64,000 nt of DNA. Origin: an uncultured bacterium. GTDB lineage: Bacteria; Planctomycetota; UBA1135; GCA-002686595. Under the pieces are notes generated by a model. That model was not told the origin of the DNA. It searched no databases and worked only from the letters and a program-made list of their open reading frames with translations. The first letter of the stretch is position 1. Every line of letters starts with the position of its first letter. Position numbers and translations under genes: made by a program. The stretch is taken from NCBI GenBank assembly GCA_943787795.1, contig CALSNU010000004.1, positions 192,001 to 256,000 on the forward strand, in the 5' to 3' direction. Shown piece after piece: positions 28,227-37,075 of the stretch.

Positions 28227-30548
28227 CTATTCGCCGCCGCGGATCGTCTCGATCAAGGGCGCGATGATGTCTCGATCCACCGCGAGGTCGAGCGCCGTGG
28301 CAGGCCCGGTGAGCGTCAACTGGGCGGGGAGGATCCCCAGATCCTGCGCTCCCACGAGCACGTTGGCAGGCACGACCGCCCTGACCGATAGCACCGCATC
28401 TCTCCGGTCGTAGATTCCGCTGAGACGCACCGGTTCCACCTCATCTCCGAGCGGGATCTGCGCCTGGCGGTAGCGAACGATGCCCTGGTCCAACTCCATC
28501 TGAACCCGCTCCGGTCCCCACTCCACCCAAGCCTCCTCCCCGACGGCGAAGTGAGTGCCGACCAGGCCCGGCTGCAGTCGAACCGACATGGCTCCGATCT
28601 CGATGTTCATCTGCCCGGCCTCCCTGAACTCCTTCGCCGCCAGATCGACCGAGTAGTTGGCGACCTCAATCCGGAGGCTCGACTTGCCGCCGGACGCGGG
28701 CCGCACGCTCGCGAACCAGGGCAGCAGGCGTTCGAGCAAGGCCGCACACATGGTCGCGTCGGCGCTGGCCTCGAGACTCGCGAACGGGAGAGAGAGGGTC
28801 GAGCCTTCGATGAAGCCGAAGAACCGATTCCCCCCCCCCGCATTGATGTCGACCTTGACCTGTCCTCCGGCCCCTGAAGGCGCCAGACCGCCGATCGAAG
28901 GCAGGGCTAGGTCCTCGAGCCGGATCCTCTCCAGGCGCTGTGGCAGGAGCGCCATGAGCTCCGCGGGCAGCGCTCGCTGCCACCCCAGCATCGCCAACGG
29001 CACGTCGAAGGCGGAGATCTCCATCCGCCCCTTGGTCCGGGTTGAGGTGGGCCCGTCCGGGGGGCTGATGCTCCCCGGAATCTCCAGGAGCATGTTGGCG
29101 GACCGCGCCTGACCATCTCGCCAGGAGCTGGTGACTGTGGAGCCCGCCGCGCCGTCAAGGACGAAGCTCGTGAGGTAATGATCGAGGTCCAGGGACTGAG
29201 GCGAGTCCGATGGGACCCCGATGCGGACGCGGGCGGCCCTCGCGCCGCGGACGCGCGCGTCCCCCTCGAGCTGCATCTCCGCCGCCGCAGCCAGCATCGC
29301 GGACCTGAAGTCAAGCAGGTCGCGCGGCTCGAAGGGGATCGAGAAGTTGCGGCTCGACACCTCCCAGTCGTGGGCCCCACCCAGCTCCTGAGCAGAGAAG
29401 CGCTCCGGGAGGAGCCCCCTGACGAGGCGGGCGAGGCCGCCGCTCTGCCTCTTGAGGAGGACCTCGAACGGGTCGCCCCCCGCCCGTGTCCCCGGGACCA
29501 TTCGCCCATTCTCCCACTGGACGGCGAGCGAGAGCGCCATGCCGGCGCTGTCCACCTCGAAGCGCCCGACCGCCTCCTCCCCGTCAGGGCCGGGGCCGAC
29601 GTCAACGGTGACCTCCGCGCCGCTCTCCAGCTCCTCCATCAAGGAGTCCACGACGTGCCCCTGATACCACGCCTGAACGCTGCGCGGCGCGGCGCGCTCA
29701 GCCCTGGGTCTCCGGGAGATCACGCCCAGCGAGCGGGCCACGTCGAGCGGGACACCGGCGGACGAGAGCTGAAGCTGCTCCAGCGTGACTCCACTGGTGT
29801 ATACGAGGTCCCTGGAGACGCCGAGCGTCACCGCCGCGCTCACAGGCGCCGGCTCGCGGAGCCCCGGCCAGCTGACGAGCGCACGGTCCACGGTCAGCTT
29901 CGCCTCGCCAGGGCGACACTCGATGCTCGCCTCGGCATCACGGAGACTCACGAGACCACGGCCCGAGGCGGTGTCGTCCACGGTCCAGTCCTTGACCGAG
30001 AGCTCCACCTTCAGGACCTGTCTCGAGGGGACCCCCTCGGTCCAGCGCGTCATGCCACGGAGCACGGTCTCCAGCATCGCCTGATCGCCGACCCGCATGA
30101 TCCGCTGGAGGTCATCGATCCCCTCCCCGTCGACGCTCGAGCGGAGCGAGAGCACGTCCACTTGAAATCTCCACTCGGGGCCGCCCCGGCCCAGCAGGTC
30201 CAGGAGCGAGGGGATCTCTGCGCGCGCCTGCGCGACCTGTCGGCCGTCCGGCCCCACCACCGTCACGGACCGGATCGTCTGACGCTTGCTCCAGGAGAGG
30301 TCGACCCCGGAGATCTCCACCCTGCCATCCATGCCGCTGGCCAGGAACTCCTCGAAGGCGCGCGCACCCCACCCGGAGAGCAGGTGAGCGCCGAACAGCG
30401 CGATCGCCACGGCGGCGCCCGACATGAACGCGAGGCACCCGCATCCGCTGGAGAGGAGGGTGCCGGTACAGCCGAACCGACGGGAGGTCGGCTCTGAGTC
30501 CGCCGTCGGGTCTTCGGAGCGGGGCTCTGGTGCGTTCAGGTTCGACAA
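28227..30548 (-). CDS. Large hypothetical membrane-anchored beta-rich (AsmA/TamB-like) protein
   Basis: N-terminal TM after a GC-rich motif (GCGCL), VEISGVDLSW, long beta-strand-rich body; start estimated. Confidence 0.6.
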   Translation of the reverse strand: MSNLNAPEPRSEDPTADSEPTSRRFGCTGTLLSSGCGCLAFMSGAAVAIALFGAHLLSGWGARAFEEFLASGMDGRVEISGVDLSWSKRQTIRSVTVVGPDGRQVAQARAEIPSLLDLLGRGGPEWRFQVDVLSLRSSVDGEGIDDLQRIMRVGDQAMLETVLRGMTRWTEGVPSRQVLKVELSVKDWTVDDTASGRGLVSLRDAEASIECRPGEAKLTVDRALVSWPGLREPAPVSAAVTLGVSRDLVYTSGVTLEQLQLSSAGVPLDVARSLGVISRRPRAERAAPRSVQAWYQGHVVDSLMEELESGAEVTVDVGPGPDGEEAVGRFEVDSAGMALSLAVQWENGRMVPGTRAGGDPFEVLLKRQSGGLARLVRGLLPERFSAQELGGAHDWEVSSRNFSIPFEPRDLLDFRSAMLAAAAEMQLEGDARVRGARAARVRIGVPSDSPQSLDLDHYLTSFVLDGAAGSTVTSSWRDGQARSANMLLEIPGSISPPDGPTSTRTKGRMEISAFDVPLAMLGWQRALPAELMALLPQRLERIRLEDLALPSIGGLAPSGAGGQVKVDINAGGGNRFFGFIEGSTLSLPFASLEASADATMCAALLERLLPWFASVRPASGGKSSLRIEVANYSVDLAAKEFREAGQMNIEIGAMSVRLQPGLVGTHFAVGEEAWVEWGPERVQMELDQGIVRYRQAQIPLGDEVEPVRLSGIYDRRDAVLSVRAVVPANVLVGAQDLGILPAQLTLTGPATALDLAVDRDIIAPLIETIRGGE

Positions 30549-30624
30549 GGGGAGAGCGCCGGGAAGGGGCGCCCGGAGAGGATAACTCCCGGGCCTCCGA
30601 TCGCGTCCCCGGAGCAGCTCTCCA

Positions 30625-31203
30625 TCAGTTCCAGGTGGGGTCCGGCGGGACGTGAGCGAGCGACGCTCCCCCGCCACCGAGCCTGCGAATCGCTGCGCGC
30701 CAGACCTCCTCGGCCTGACCCTCCGCAAAGACCAGGTCCGCCGCCGTGGGCAGGGGGAGCCAGGACCCGGTGCTGATCTCCATATCAAGCTGCCCAGCCC
30801 CCCACCCTGCGTATCCCACGACGAAGCGCGCGTTGTCCTCCAGCGCCGCCGCTGCGCCGGCTCCCTGGACGAGTGACTCGAGGTCGGCGCCGATCCGGAT
30901 CCCGTCTCCGACGTCGAGCCCGCCGGTCGACTCGGCGAGGCTGCCTGAGAACCGGTGGATCACCTGGAGCGTGTCGCGCGCGACGGGCCCGCCCTCGCGG
31001 ACCCTGAGCTCGAGGGTCTGGAGGTCCGGGTGATCGGGGAAGAGGTCCCCGACCCGCGCCTCCGCCGTCCGGTTCACCACGAGCCCGAAGGCGCCTTCTT
31101 CGTTGTGCTGGCACATGAGCACGACGGTGTGCATGAAGTTCGGGTCCAGCAGCTCCGGTGCGCTGAGGAGCATCGTTCCAGGTCCGGCGCGGAGCCCGCT
31201 CAC
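30625..31203 (-). CDS. YqgE/AlgH (DUF179) family protein
   Basis: LLDPNF.HTVVL..H..EGAFGLVVNR, GGPV, GYAGWGAGQL..E...GSW. Confidence 0.93.
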   Translation of the reverse strand: MSGLRAGPGTMLLSAPELLDPNFMHTVVLMCQHNEEGAFGLVVNRTAEARVGDLFPDHPDLQTLELRVREGGPVARDTLQVIHRFSGSLAESTGGLDVGDGIRIGADLESLVQGAGAAAALEDNARFVVGYAGWGAGQLDMEISTGSWLPLPTAADLVFAEGQAEEVWRAAIRRLGGGGASLAHVPPDPTWN

Positions 31204-32651
31204 GCCCGCCGCTCCAGGGTGAAGACGACCTCAACATGTGGCGTATGCGGAAAGAGGTCCACGGGCCGCACCGCCGTCACCTCGTATCCACCGGCGCACA
31301 GCGCCGCCACGTCCCTGGCCCCGGACGTGGGATTGCAGGACACGAAGACGATCCGGTCCGCGCCGAGCTCGATGAGCTGGGCGGGCACCTTCGGGTGCAG
31401 CCCCGCCCGCGGCGGGTCCACCACCAGCACGTCCGGCCGGCGCGACTCCGACTCCAGACGAATCGTCTCCAGCACATCGCCCTCATGGAACACGGCGTCT
31501 TCGCGGCCGTTCCGGGCGGCGTTCTGCCGGGCGTCTCGGATCGACGATGGGGCACTCTCGAAGCCGACCAGCTCCACCCCCTCTGGGGCGATCGCGAGTC
31601 CGATGGTCCCGGCGCCGCAGAACACATCAAAGAGGCGCTGACCCGGCTCGACGCGGGCCTCCTCCGCCACAATCTCGAAGAGCCGCTCGGCCTGCTCTGT
31701 GTTGGTCTGGAAGAACGAGTCGGCCGAGATCCGGAAGCGCTTGCCACACAGCACCTCGTCGATGGTCCCCGGGCCATGCAGGATGTGCTCCTCCTCACCG
31801 TAGGCCACGGTCGCGGCCCGCTGCGTGACGTTCTGCACCACGGTGGTGATGTCCGGATGTCGCTCGAGCAGCGTCGCGACCAGGGGGTCAATGAGCTCCG
31901 CCGCGCGCTCGGACGTCACCAGGTCCACCATCGTCTCGCCCGTCCTGACCCCGCGGCGCACGACCAGGTGGCGGAGCAATCCCTCGTGGGCCCGGAGATC
32001 CCAGGGGGCGAGGCCGGCCTCGAGGGCGAGCTCACGCACCGTGTTGCGGATCCCGTCGGAGCCGTCGAAGGCGATGGCGCACCGCTCCACGTCCAGGACC
32101 TTGCTGAACAGGCCTGGCGCGTGCAGCCCGAGGCCGAACGATGCGTCCACCCCATCGGGCTCCTCGGACAGCACGTACCGACGGGACCCGAAGGTGAAGT
32201 CCATCTTGTTCCGGTAGCCCTCGAGCGTGGTCGCGGGCTCCACGTCTTGGACGGGCGGCGGCTCGCCGAGGCCAGCGGCCTCGAAGGACCCGGCCAGGGC
32301 CCGCCCCACCAGCCCGCGCTTCTGGCTCAGCTGTTCGCCGTACTCGAGCGTCGGGAGGGCGCAGCCCCCGCAAACGCCGGCGTGCGGACAGCGCGCGGCC
32401 GTGACGTGCGGCCCCGGCTCGAGGACCTGCACCACCCGCGCCTCGACTCGCCCCCCACGCCGCTTGAGGACCTCCGCGGTGACCGTTGACCCTGGGTTCG
32501 CGTGACGCATGCGCAGCCGACTCTCTCCCACGGCGGCGACCCCCCGGCCGCGGTCGTCGATCACGTCGATCTCGACGTCGAAGCGATCACCCCGTCGCGG
32601 CTTCCGCCGGATCGGCTGGGCGGAGGTGGGCTCGGAGGGTTCGGTGGACAT
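31200..32651 (-). CDS. rlmD: 23S rRNA m5U1939 methyltransferase
   Basis: TRAM domain, CPHAGVCGGC, YRNKMDF, SFFQTN, CGAGTIG, DPPRAG, VSCNP, DLFPHTPHVE. Confidence 0.93.
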   Translation of the reverse strand: MSTEPSEPTSAQPIRRKPRRGDRFDVEIDVIDDRGRGVAAVGESRLRMRHANPGSTVTAEVLKRRGGRVEARVVQVLEPGPHVTAARCPHAGVCGGCALPTLEYGEQLSQKRGLVGRALAGSFEAAGLGEPPPVQDVEPATTLEGYRNKMDFTFGSRRYVLSEEPDGVDASFGLGLHAPGLFSKVLDVERCAIAFDGSDGIRNTVRELALEAGLAPWDLRAHEGLLRHLVVRRGVRTGETMVDLVTSERAAELIDPLVATLLERHPDITTVVQNVTQRAATVAYGEEEHILHGPGTIDEVLCGKRFRISADSFFQTNTEQAERLFEIVAEEARVEPGQRLFDVFCGAGTIGLAIAPEGVELVGFESAPSSIRDARQNAARNGREDAVFHEGDVLETIRLESESRRPDVLVVDPPRAGLHPKVPAQLIELGADRIVFVSCNPTSGARDVAALCAGGYEVTAVRPVDLFPHTPHVEVVFTLERRA

Positions 32652-32731
32652 GGGCGTGAAGGTGCGGGCAAGGACGAGCGATACGGGGCTCGGGAGCGTA
32701 CGCTCCCCCGTAGGGAGCGACGACCCCCAAG

Positions 32732-34543
32732 ATGGAACAGCCGACAGTCGAGCAGCAGCGAGGGGCTCAGGCCGCAGGAGATCCAGCGGTTGGGCTTACC
32801 GGCGCAGGATCCCCAGCCGCGGGATCTTCAGACGCGAGACCTTCAGGCGCAGGGCGCTTCAGCCTCGCGCTGCTCGCGCTCTCCGCAGCTCTGCTCCTCG
32901 CCCTCGTCAGTCGCGTGGAGTTCCTGGTGGACGACGCGTACATCTCCCTGCGCATCGCCAGGAACTGGGTCGAGCTGGGCGCGCCCGTCTTCAACGCCTT
33001 CGAGCTCGGCCCCGGCGGGCAACCCGTGGAGGGCTTCAGCAACCTGCTGTGGACCGCGCTGCTCGCCGCGCTCTACCAGGCCGGCGCCTCCTTCCCCGAC
33101 TTCCTCGGCCCTCTCCAGCTCTCCCTGGCGATGGGCGTGCTCATCGTGCAGCTGCGCTTCGTGACCTCCGAGCTGCGCCTGGGGCGAGCGGGAGAGTGCG
33201 CGTCGGTGGTGCTGCTCGCCACCTCAGCGCCCTTCGTCGCGTGGTCCACTGGAGGCATGGAGACCACGCTCTTCACGCTCCTGCTGACCGCCTTCTCTGT
33301 GGGCCTCCTGCGCAAGGAACTCTCGAGCCGATCCGACCTCCTGCAGCTGGCCCTCACCGCCGCCGCCGTCGCGGCGGTACGGGTCGAGGGCATCCTCTGG
33401 GTCGCCGGCGTGACGGGCGCCACCCTCGCCGCCGAGTGGCTGCTCTCCGGAGACGGCAAGCACGCGCTCCGCCGCCACCGCCAGCGCCTCACCTGGATCG
33501 TCGTCTTCGCCGCGGCCTCCGTGGTGGCCCAGCTCGTCTGGCGCCAGGTCGTCTTCGGGCAGTGGCTCCCCAACACCGTCGCCGCCAAGACCGGCGGCGG
33601 CGCAGAGGTCCTGGGCCGCGGGCTGCGCCAGGTGGCGACGTGGGCCCTGGTGTCGCTCACCCCCCTGATCGCCCTCGGGCTCGCGCTGCCGGCCCTGCGC
33701 CACACCTCCTCCCGCGCACGGGTCGCCGCAGGAGCGAGCCTGTTCGTGGCTCTCGGCTTCGTGGCCTACAACGTGCTCGTCGGCGGCGACTGGATGCCGT
33801 TCTTCCGCTTCCTCGCCCCCTGCACGCCGGCCCTCGCGCTCCTCGCGGCGGTGGGCATCGACAGGGTCCCCCGCGGCGCCGGGATCGCCCTCACCCTCGG
33901 GGTCGCCGCGGCCCAGCCGCTGCCGCTCTTCGACGTCCACTTCGCCCCCGAGAGCCTGCGCAGCGCGCTCCGCTTCCGCTCCTTCAAGGGCGGCTACCGG
34001 AGCGAAGCCCAGCGCGTCGAGGTGGCTCGACAGAACGAGGGCAACTTCACCCTGCTCGGGAAGGCGCTGGCCGCCGAGGCGCAGCCGGGCGAGGTCCTCG
34101 CCTTCGGCCCCATCGGGTCGCCGGGTTGGTTCGCACCGTCGCTCGACTTCGTGGACCGAAACGGCCTGGTCACCCCCTCGGTAGCCCGACGGGAGGTCAA
34201 GGCCGGCGGGACGGCGGGGCACGAGAAGCGTGTCCCCCACGCCTGGTTCCTGGACCACGGCGCGCCCGCCCCCGACCTCCTCTACGCCACCTGGCGCCCC
34301 GGCATCGTGCGCGAGGAGGACCCCGGCCAGATGCGCGCCCTGAAGCGGGCCCTCCGGAGCCAGGGGCAGACCTCTCGGCCCGAGGAACGCCCGCTCTTCG
34401 ACGGAACCCGGCTCCGCCTCCACCCGATGAGCCTCTCGACGCTCGAGGATCCCTCGAGCCCGCCGCGCGACTTCAGCGAGCTCACGCTGATCCTCTTCGA
34501 GCGAACCGACCCCGCGACCGCGCGCGCCTTCTGGGGTCAGTGA
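32732..34543 (+). CDS. Polytopic GT-C-type glycosyltransferase (AftB-like)
   Basis: DDAYISLRIARN, VEGFSNLLW, GMETTLF, PNT.AAK, GGDWMPFFRFLAP. Confidence 0.8.
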   Translation: MEQPTVEQQRGAQAAGDPAVGLTGAGSPAAGSSDARPSGAGRFSLALLALSAALLLALVSRVEFLVDDAYISLRIARNWVELGAPVFNAFELGPGGQPVEGFSNLLWTALLAALYQAGASFPDFLGPLQLSLAMGVLIVQLRFVTSELRLGRAGECASVVLLATSAPFVAWSTGGMETTLFTLLLTAFSVGLLRKELSSRSDLLQLALTAAAVAAVRVEGILWVAGVTGATLAAEWLLSGDGKHALRRHRQRLTWIVVFAAASVVAQLVWRQVVFGQWLPNTVAAKTGGGAEVLGRGLRQVATWALVSLTPLIALGLALPALRHTSSRARVAAGASLFVALGFVAYNVLVGGDWMPFFRFLAPCTPALALLAAVGIDRVPRGAGIALTLGVAAAQPLPLFDVHFAPESLRSALRFRSFKGGYRSEAQRVEVARQNEGNFTLLGKALAAEAQPGEVLAFGPIGSPGWFAPSLDFVDRNGLVTPSVARREVKAGGTAGHEKRVPHAWFLDHGAPAPDLLYATWRPGIVREEDPGQMRALKRALRSQGQTSRPEERPLFDGTRLRLHPMSLSTLEDPSSPPRDFSELTLILFERTDPATARAFWGQ

Positions 34544-35061
34544 ACCGGAGGCTCGCTCGGCGGCGACGCGTCGCCCGTGGCGAGATAGACCGCGATGGCC
34601 ACCGCGTTGGCCAGATTGATGGAGCGCACGCCGTCGTGGATCGGGATCCGCACGCGGCGGCCGGCGTGGGCCTCAAGGAGCTCAGCGGGGAGCCCCTTGC
34701 TCTCGCTTCCGAAGACCAGGATGTCCCCTGGCTCGAAGGCGACCTCGCGCAGGGAGGTCCCGCCCCTCGCAGAGAAGAGGCGCAGCCGCTCCTCGAGCGG
34801 CCGCTCGCTTCCGGAGCGGAGCGCGTCGAAGCACGCCTCCAGGCTCCCATGCACCGTCAGGTCCACCAGCGGCCAGTAGTCGAGCCCTGCCCGCTTGAGG
34901 TAGCGGTCCTCGAGGCTGAATCCAAGGGGCTCGACCAGGTGGAGCCTCGCCCCCATCGCCGCCGTGAGCCGGCCAGCGCAGCCCGAGTTGTGCGGGATCT
35001 CCGGGTGCACGAGGACCACATCGATCCCTCCCTGCGCGGCGCCGTTCTCCGACCGTTCCAT
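34537..35061 (-). CDS. trmL: tRNA (cytidine/uridine-34 2'-O)-methyltransferase
   Basis: HPEIPHNSG, LKRAGLDYW, VFGSESKGL, RSINLANAV SPOUT motifs. Confidence 0.93.
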   Translation of the reverse strand: MERSENGAAQGGIDVVLVHPEIPHNSGCAGRLTAAMGARLHLVEPLGFSLEDRYLKRAGLDYWPLVDLTVHGSLEACFDALRSGSERPLEERLRLFSARGGTSLREVAFEPGDILVFGSESKGLPAELLEAHAGRRVRIPIHDGVRSINLANAVAIAVYLATGDASPPSEPPVH

Positions 35062-35113
35062 CGGGGAGAGGATACCCACTGCCCGGCGAGCCGCATCCCT
35101 TAGGGTGGGCGCC

Positions 35114-35794
35114 ATGGACATCTCGCTGAACGGACACGAGGCGCGCGCGCTGGGCGTGCTGATCGAGAAGGCCTTCACGACGCCGGACCAGTACCCCCTG
35201 TCCCTGAACGCCATCACGAATGGCTGCAACCAGAAGAGCAACAGGGACCCCGAGGTGGACTTCTCCGAGGCCGAGGTGCGGATCGCCCTCCAGGGCTTGC
35301 GGATGAAGGGGCTCGCGGGGCAGAGCGTGCCGGCCGGCAGCCGGGTCGAGAGGTGGCGGCACAATGCGAGCGAGACCCTGAGCCTGGGTGAGCGCGAGGT
35401 GGCGGTCCTGGCCGAGCTGCTCCTGCGTGGGTCTCAGACCGCTGGCGAGCTCCGCTCCCGCGCTCGTCGCATGCGAGACCTCCCGGACCTCGCAGCCCTC
35501 GAGCAGGCGCTCCAGGCCCTTCGGGACCGTGGATACGCCATCACCGCGACCGGCGGGCGTGCCCCCAGGACCTCGCAGCTCCTGTGCAAGCAAATGGACC
35601 CGGGCGCAGGGGACACGGCGTCGGTGGAGCCTGCACCCGGACATCCCATCGCCCCCGCCGGTGCCGCGGCGCCGCCAACCGCTGCCCCTGGCGGCGATCC
35701 TGCTCCTCTCGCTGACCGCGTGGAGACCCTGGAGCGTCAGGTTCGCGAGCTGACACGGAGCATGACTCAGCTCCGAGAGGAGCTCGGGGCTTGA
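35114..35794 (+). CDS. YceH/DUF480 family protein
   Basis: EARALGVLIEK..TTPDQYPLSLNA...CNQKSNRDP, LLLRGSQTAGELR. Confidence 0.92.
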   Translation: MDISLNGHEARALGVLIEKAFTTPDQYPLSLNAITNGCNQKSNRDPEVDFSEAEVRIALQGLRMKGLAGQSVPAGSRVERWRHNASETLSLGEREVAVLAELLLRGSQTAGELRSRARRMRDLPDLAALEQALQALRDRGYAITATGGRAPRTSQLLCKQMDPGAGDTASVEPAPGHPIAPAGAAAPPTAAPGGDPAPLADRVETLERQVRELTRSMTQLREELGA

Positions 35795-36993
35795 GGGGCT
35801 GGAGGGCGCTGATCCTGCTCGTCGCTGGCGGCGCAGCCTGCGCCACGGCGCCGCCGGAGCAGGGCTTGGCGGCGCCCGAAGCCCGCCACTCTCTGCCGGG
35901 CCCGGTCCATGCTCCGCCGCCTGTCGATGACGAGGAGGCTGCGCAGGAAGGTCCGCGTCGCAGCGGCTCGCTCCGGGCCAGCGCCTACGTGCTGCGCCCA
36001 GTGCGCGGCTTCGATGTGCGCATGGCGCCGGATCTGATCGACGGGGACCAGGCAGAGGTGGGCGCCCGCGCCCTCGACGCGCTGGACCGCGACCTCGGCG
36101 ACGTCCTGGACCAGACCCCCGCGATCCGGCACGACTTCCTGCGGTCGGTCCCCATCTACCTCGGCGTGGCCGATCCAGTGGCGCCATGCGCCTGCTACCA
36201 CCCGAGCGCCAGGTGGCTCGAGCGCAACGGTTTCGACCCGGCCAAGGCGCGGTCCGTGGAGATCTCCAGCGCCCGGACGTTCGTCGACTGGCGAAGGCAT
36301 CAACCTTCCATGGTCCTCCATGAGCTGGCCCACGCGCTGCACGACCAGGTCCTCCGGCCGGAGCAACCGCGGCTCGAGGCGGCGCTCGAAGCCGTCCGCT
36401 CCCGGGGCAGCTACGACCAAACCCTGCGCTGGTCCGGCGCGATCGCCAGTCACTACGCCCTCACCACCGTGGACGAGTACTTCGCGGAGACCACCGAGTC
36501 GCTGCTCGGGGTGAATGACTTCTACCCCTTCGTCCGCGCCGAGCTCCTGGGCGTCGACCCCGAGGGCGCAGCCCTGGTGGCGGCCCTGTGGAAGGATGAG
36601 ACCCAGGGAGCGGGAGACGGCCCCGCCCGCGGAGGGGTGATCGAGGCCCTGGAGCACCTCGCCGAGGCCCTGGAGCCCGGAGAGGGTCGTCCGGGCACGC
36701 CTCCAGCCGCCGCGCTGGCGCCCCTGCTCGCCAGGGGATTCGAGCTCGTTGAGCGCGACGGTCGCGTGCGTCTCCAGCGAGACCTGCTGGAGAGCTCCGC
36801 GCCCTTCCCCGCGCGACCCGCGCTGCCGGTGGACCTGCTCTCTTCCCAGCCGATCGGCCCGCTGCACACGGTCGTCACGTTCCGCGCGGCCGAGGACGGC
36901 GCGACCTGCTCTGCTGTCCTCGAACGCAGCGCCGAGGCCCCTGGGGGGCTGCGCTGGCTGAGGCTCCAGGTCTCGGGGCCGGGGGGGCGCTAG
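35791..36993 (+). CDS. Putative lipoprotein zinc metallopeptidase (HExxH) with a short NTF2/SnoaL-like C-terminal domain
   Basis: Lipobox-like GAAC, MVLHELAHALHD, EYFAETTE, NDFYPF. Confidence 0.75.
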   Translation: MRGWRALILLVAGGAACATAPPEQGLAAPEARHSLPGPVHAPPPVDDEEAAQEGPRRSGSLRASAYVLRPVRGFDVRMAPDLIDGDQAEVGARALDALDRDLGDVLDQTPAIRHDFLRSVPIYLGVADPVAPCACYHPSARWLERNGFDPAKARSVEISSARTFVDWRRHQPSMVLHELAHALHDQVLRPEQPRLEAALEAVRSRGSYDQTLRWSGAIASHYALTTVDEYFAETTESLLGVNDFYPFVRAELLGVDPEGAALVAALWKDETQGAGDGPARGGVIEALEHLAEALEPGEGRPGTPPAAALAPLLARGFELVERDGRVRLQRDLLESSAPFPARPALPVDLLSSQPIGPLHTVVTFRAAEDGATCSAVLERSAEAPGGLRWLRLQVSGPGGR

Positions 36994-37075
36994 GCCCCAC
37001 GAGAATCGCCACGTTCAGCAAAAAGGGAACGGCTCCCCGGCAGAGCCGCTCGCTCGGTCGGACTATGCTCCGTCC

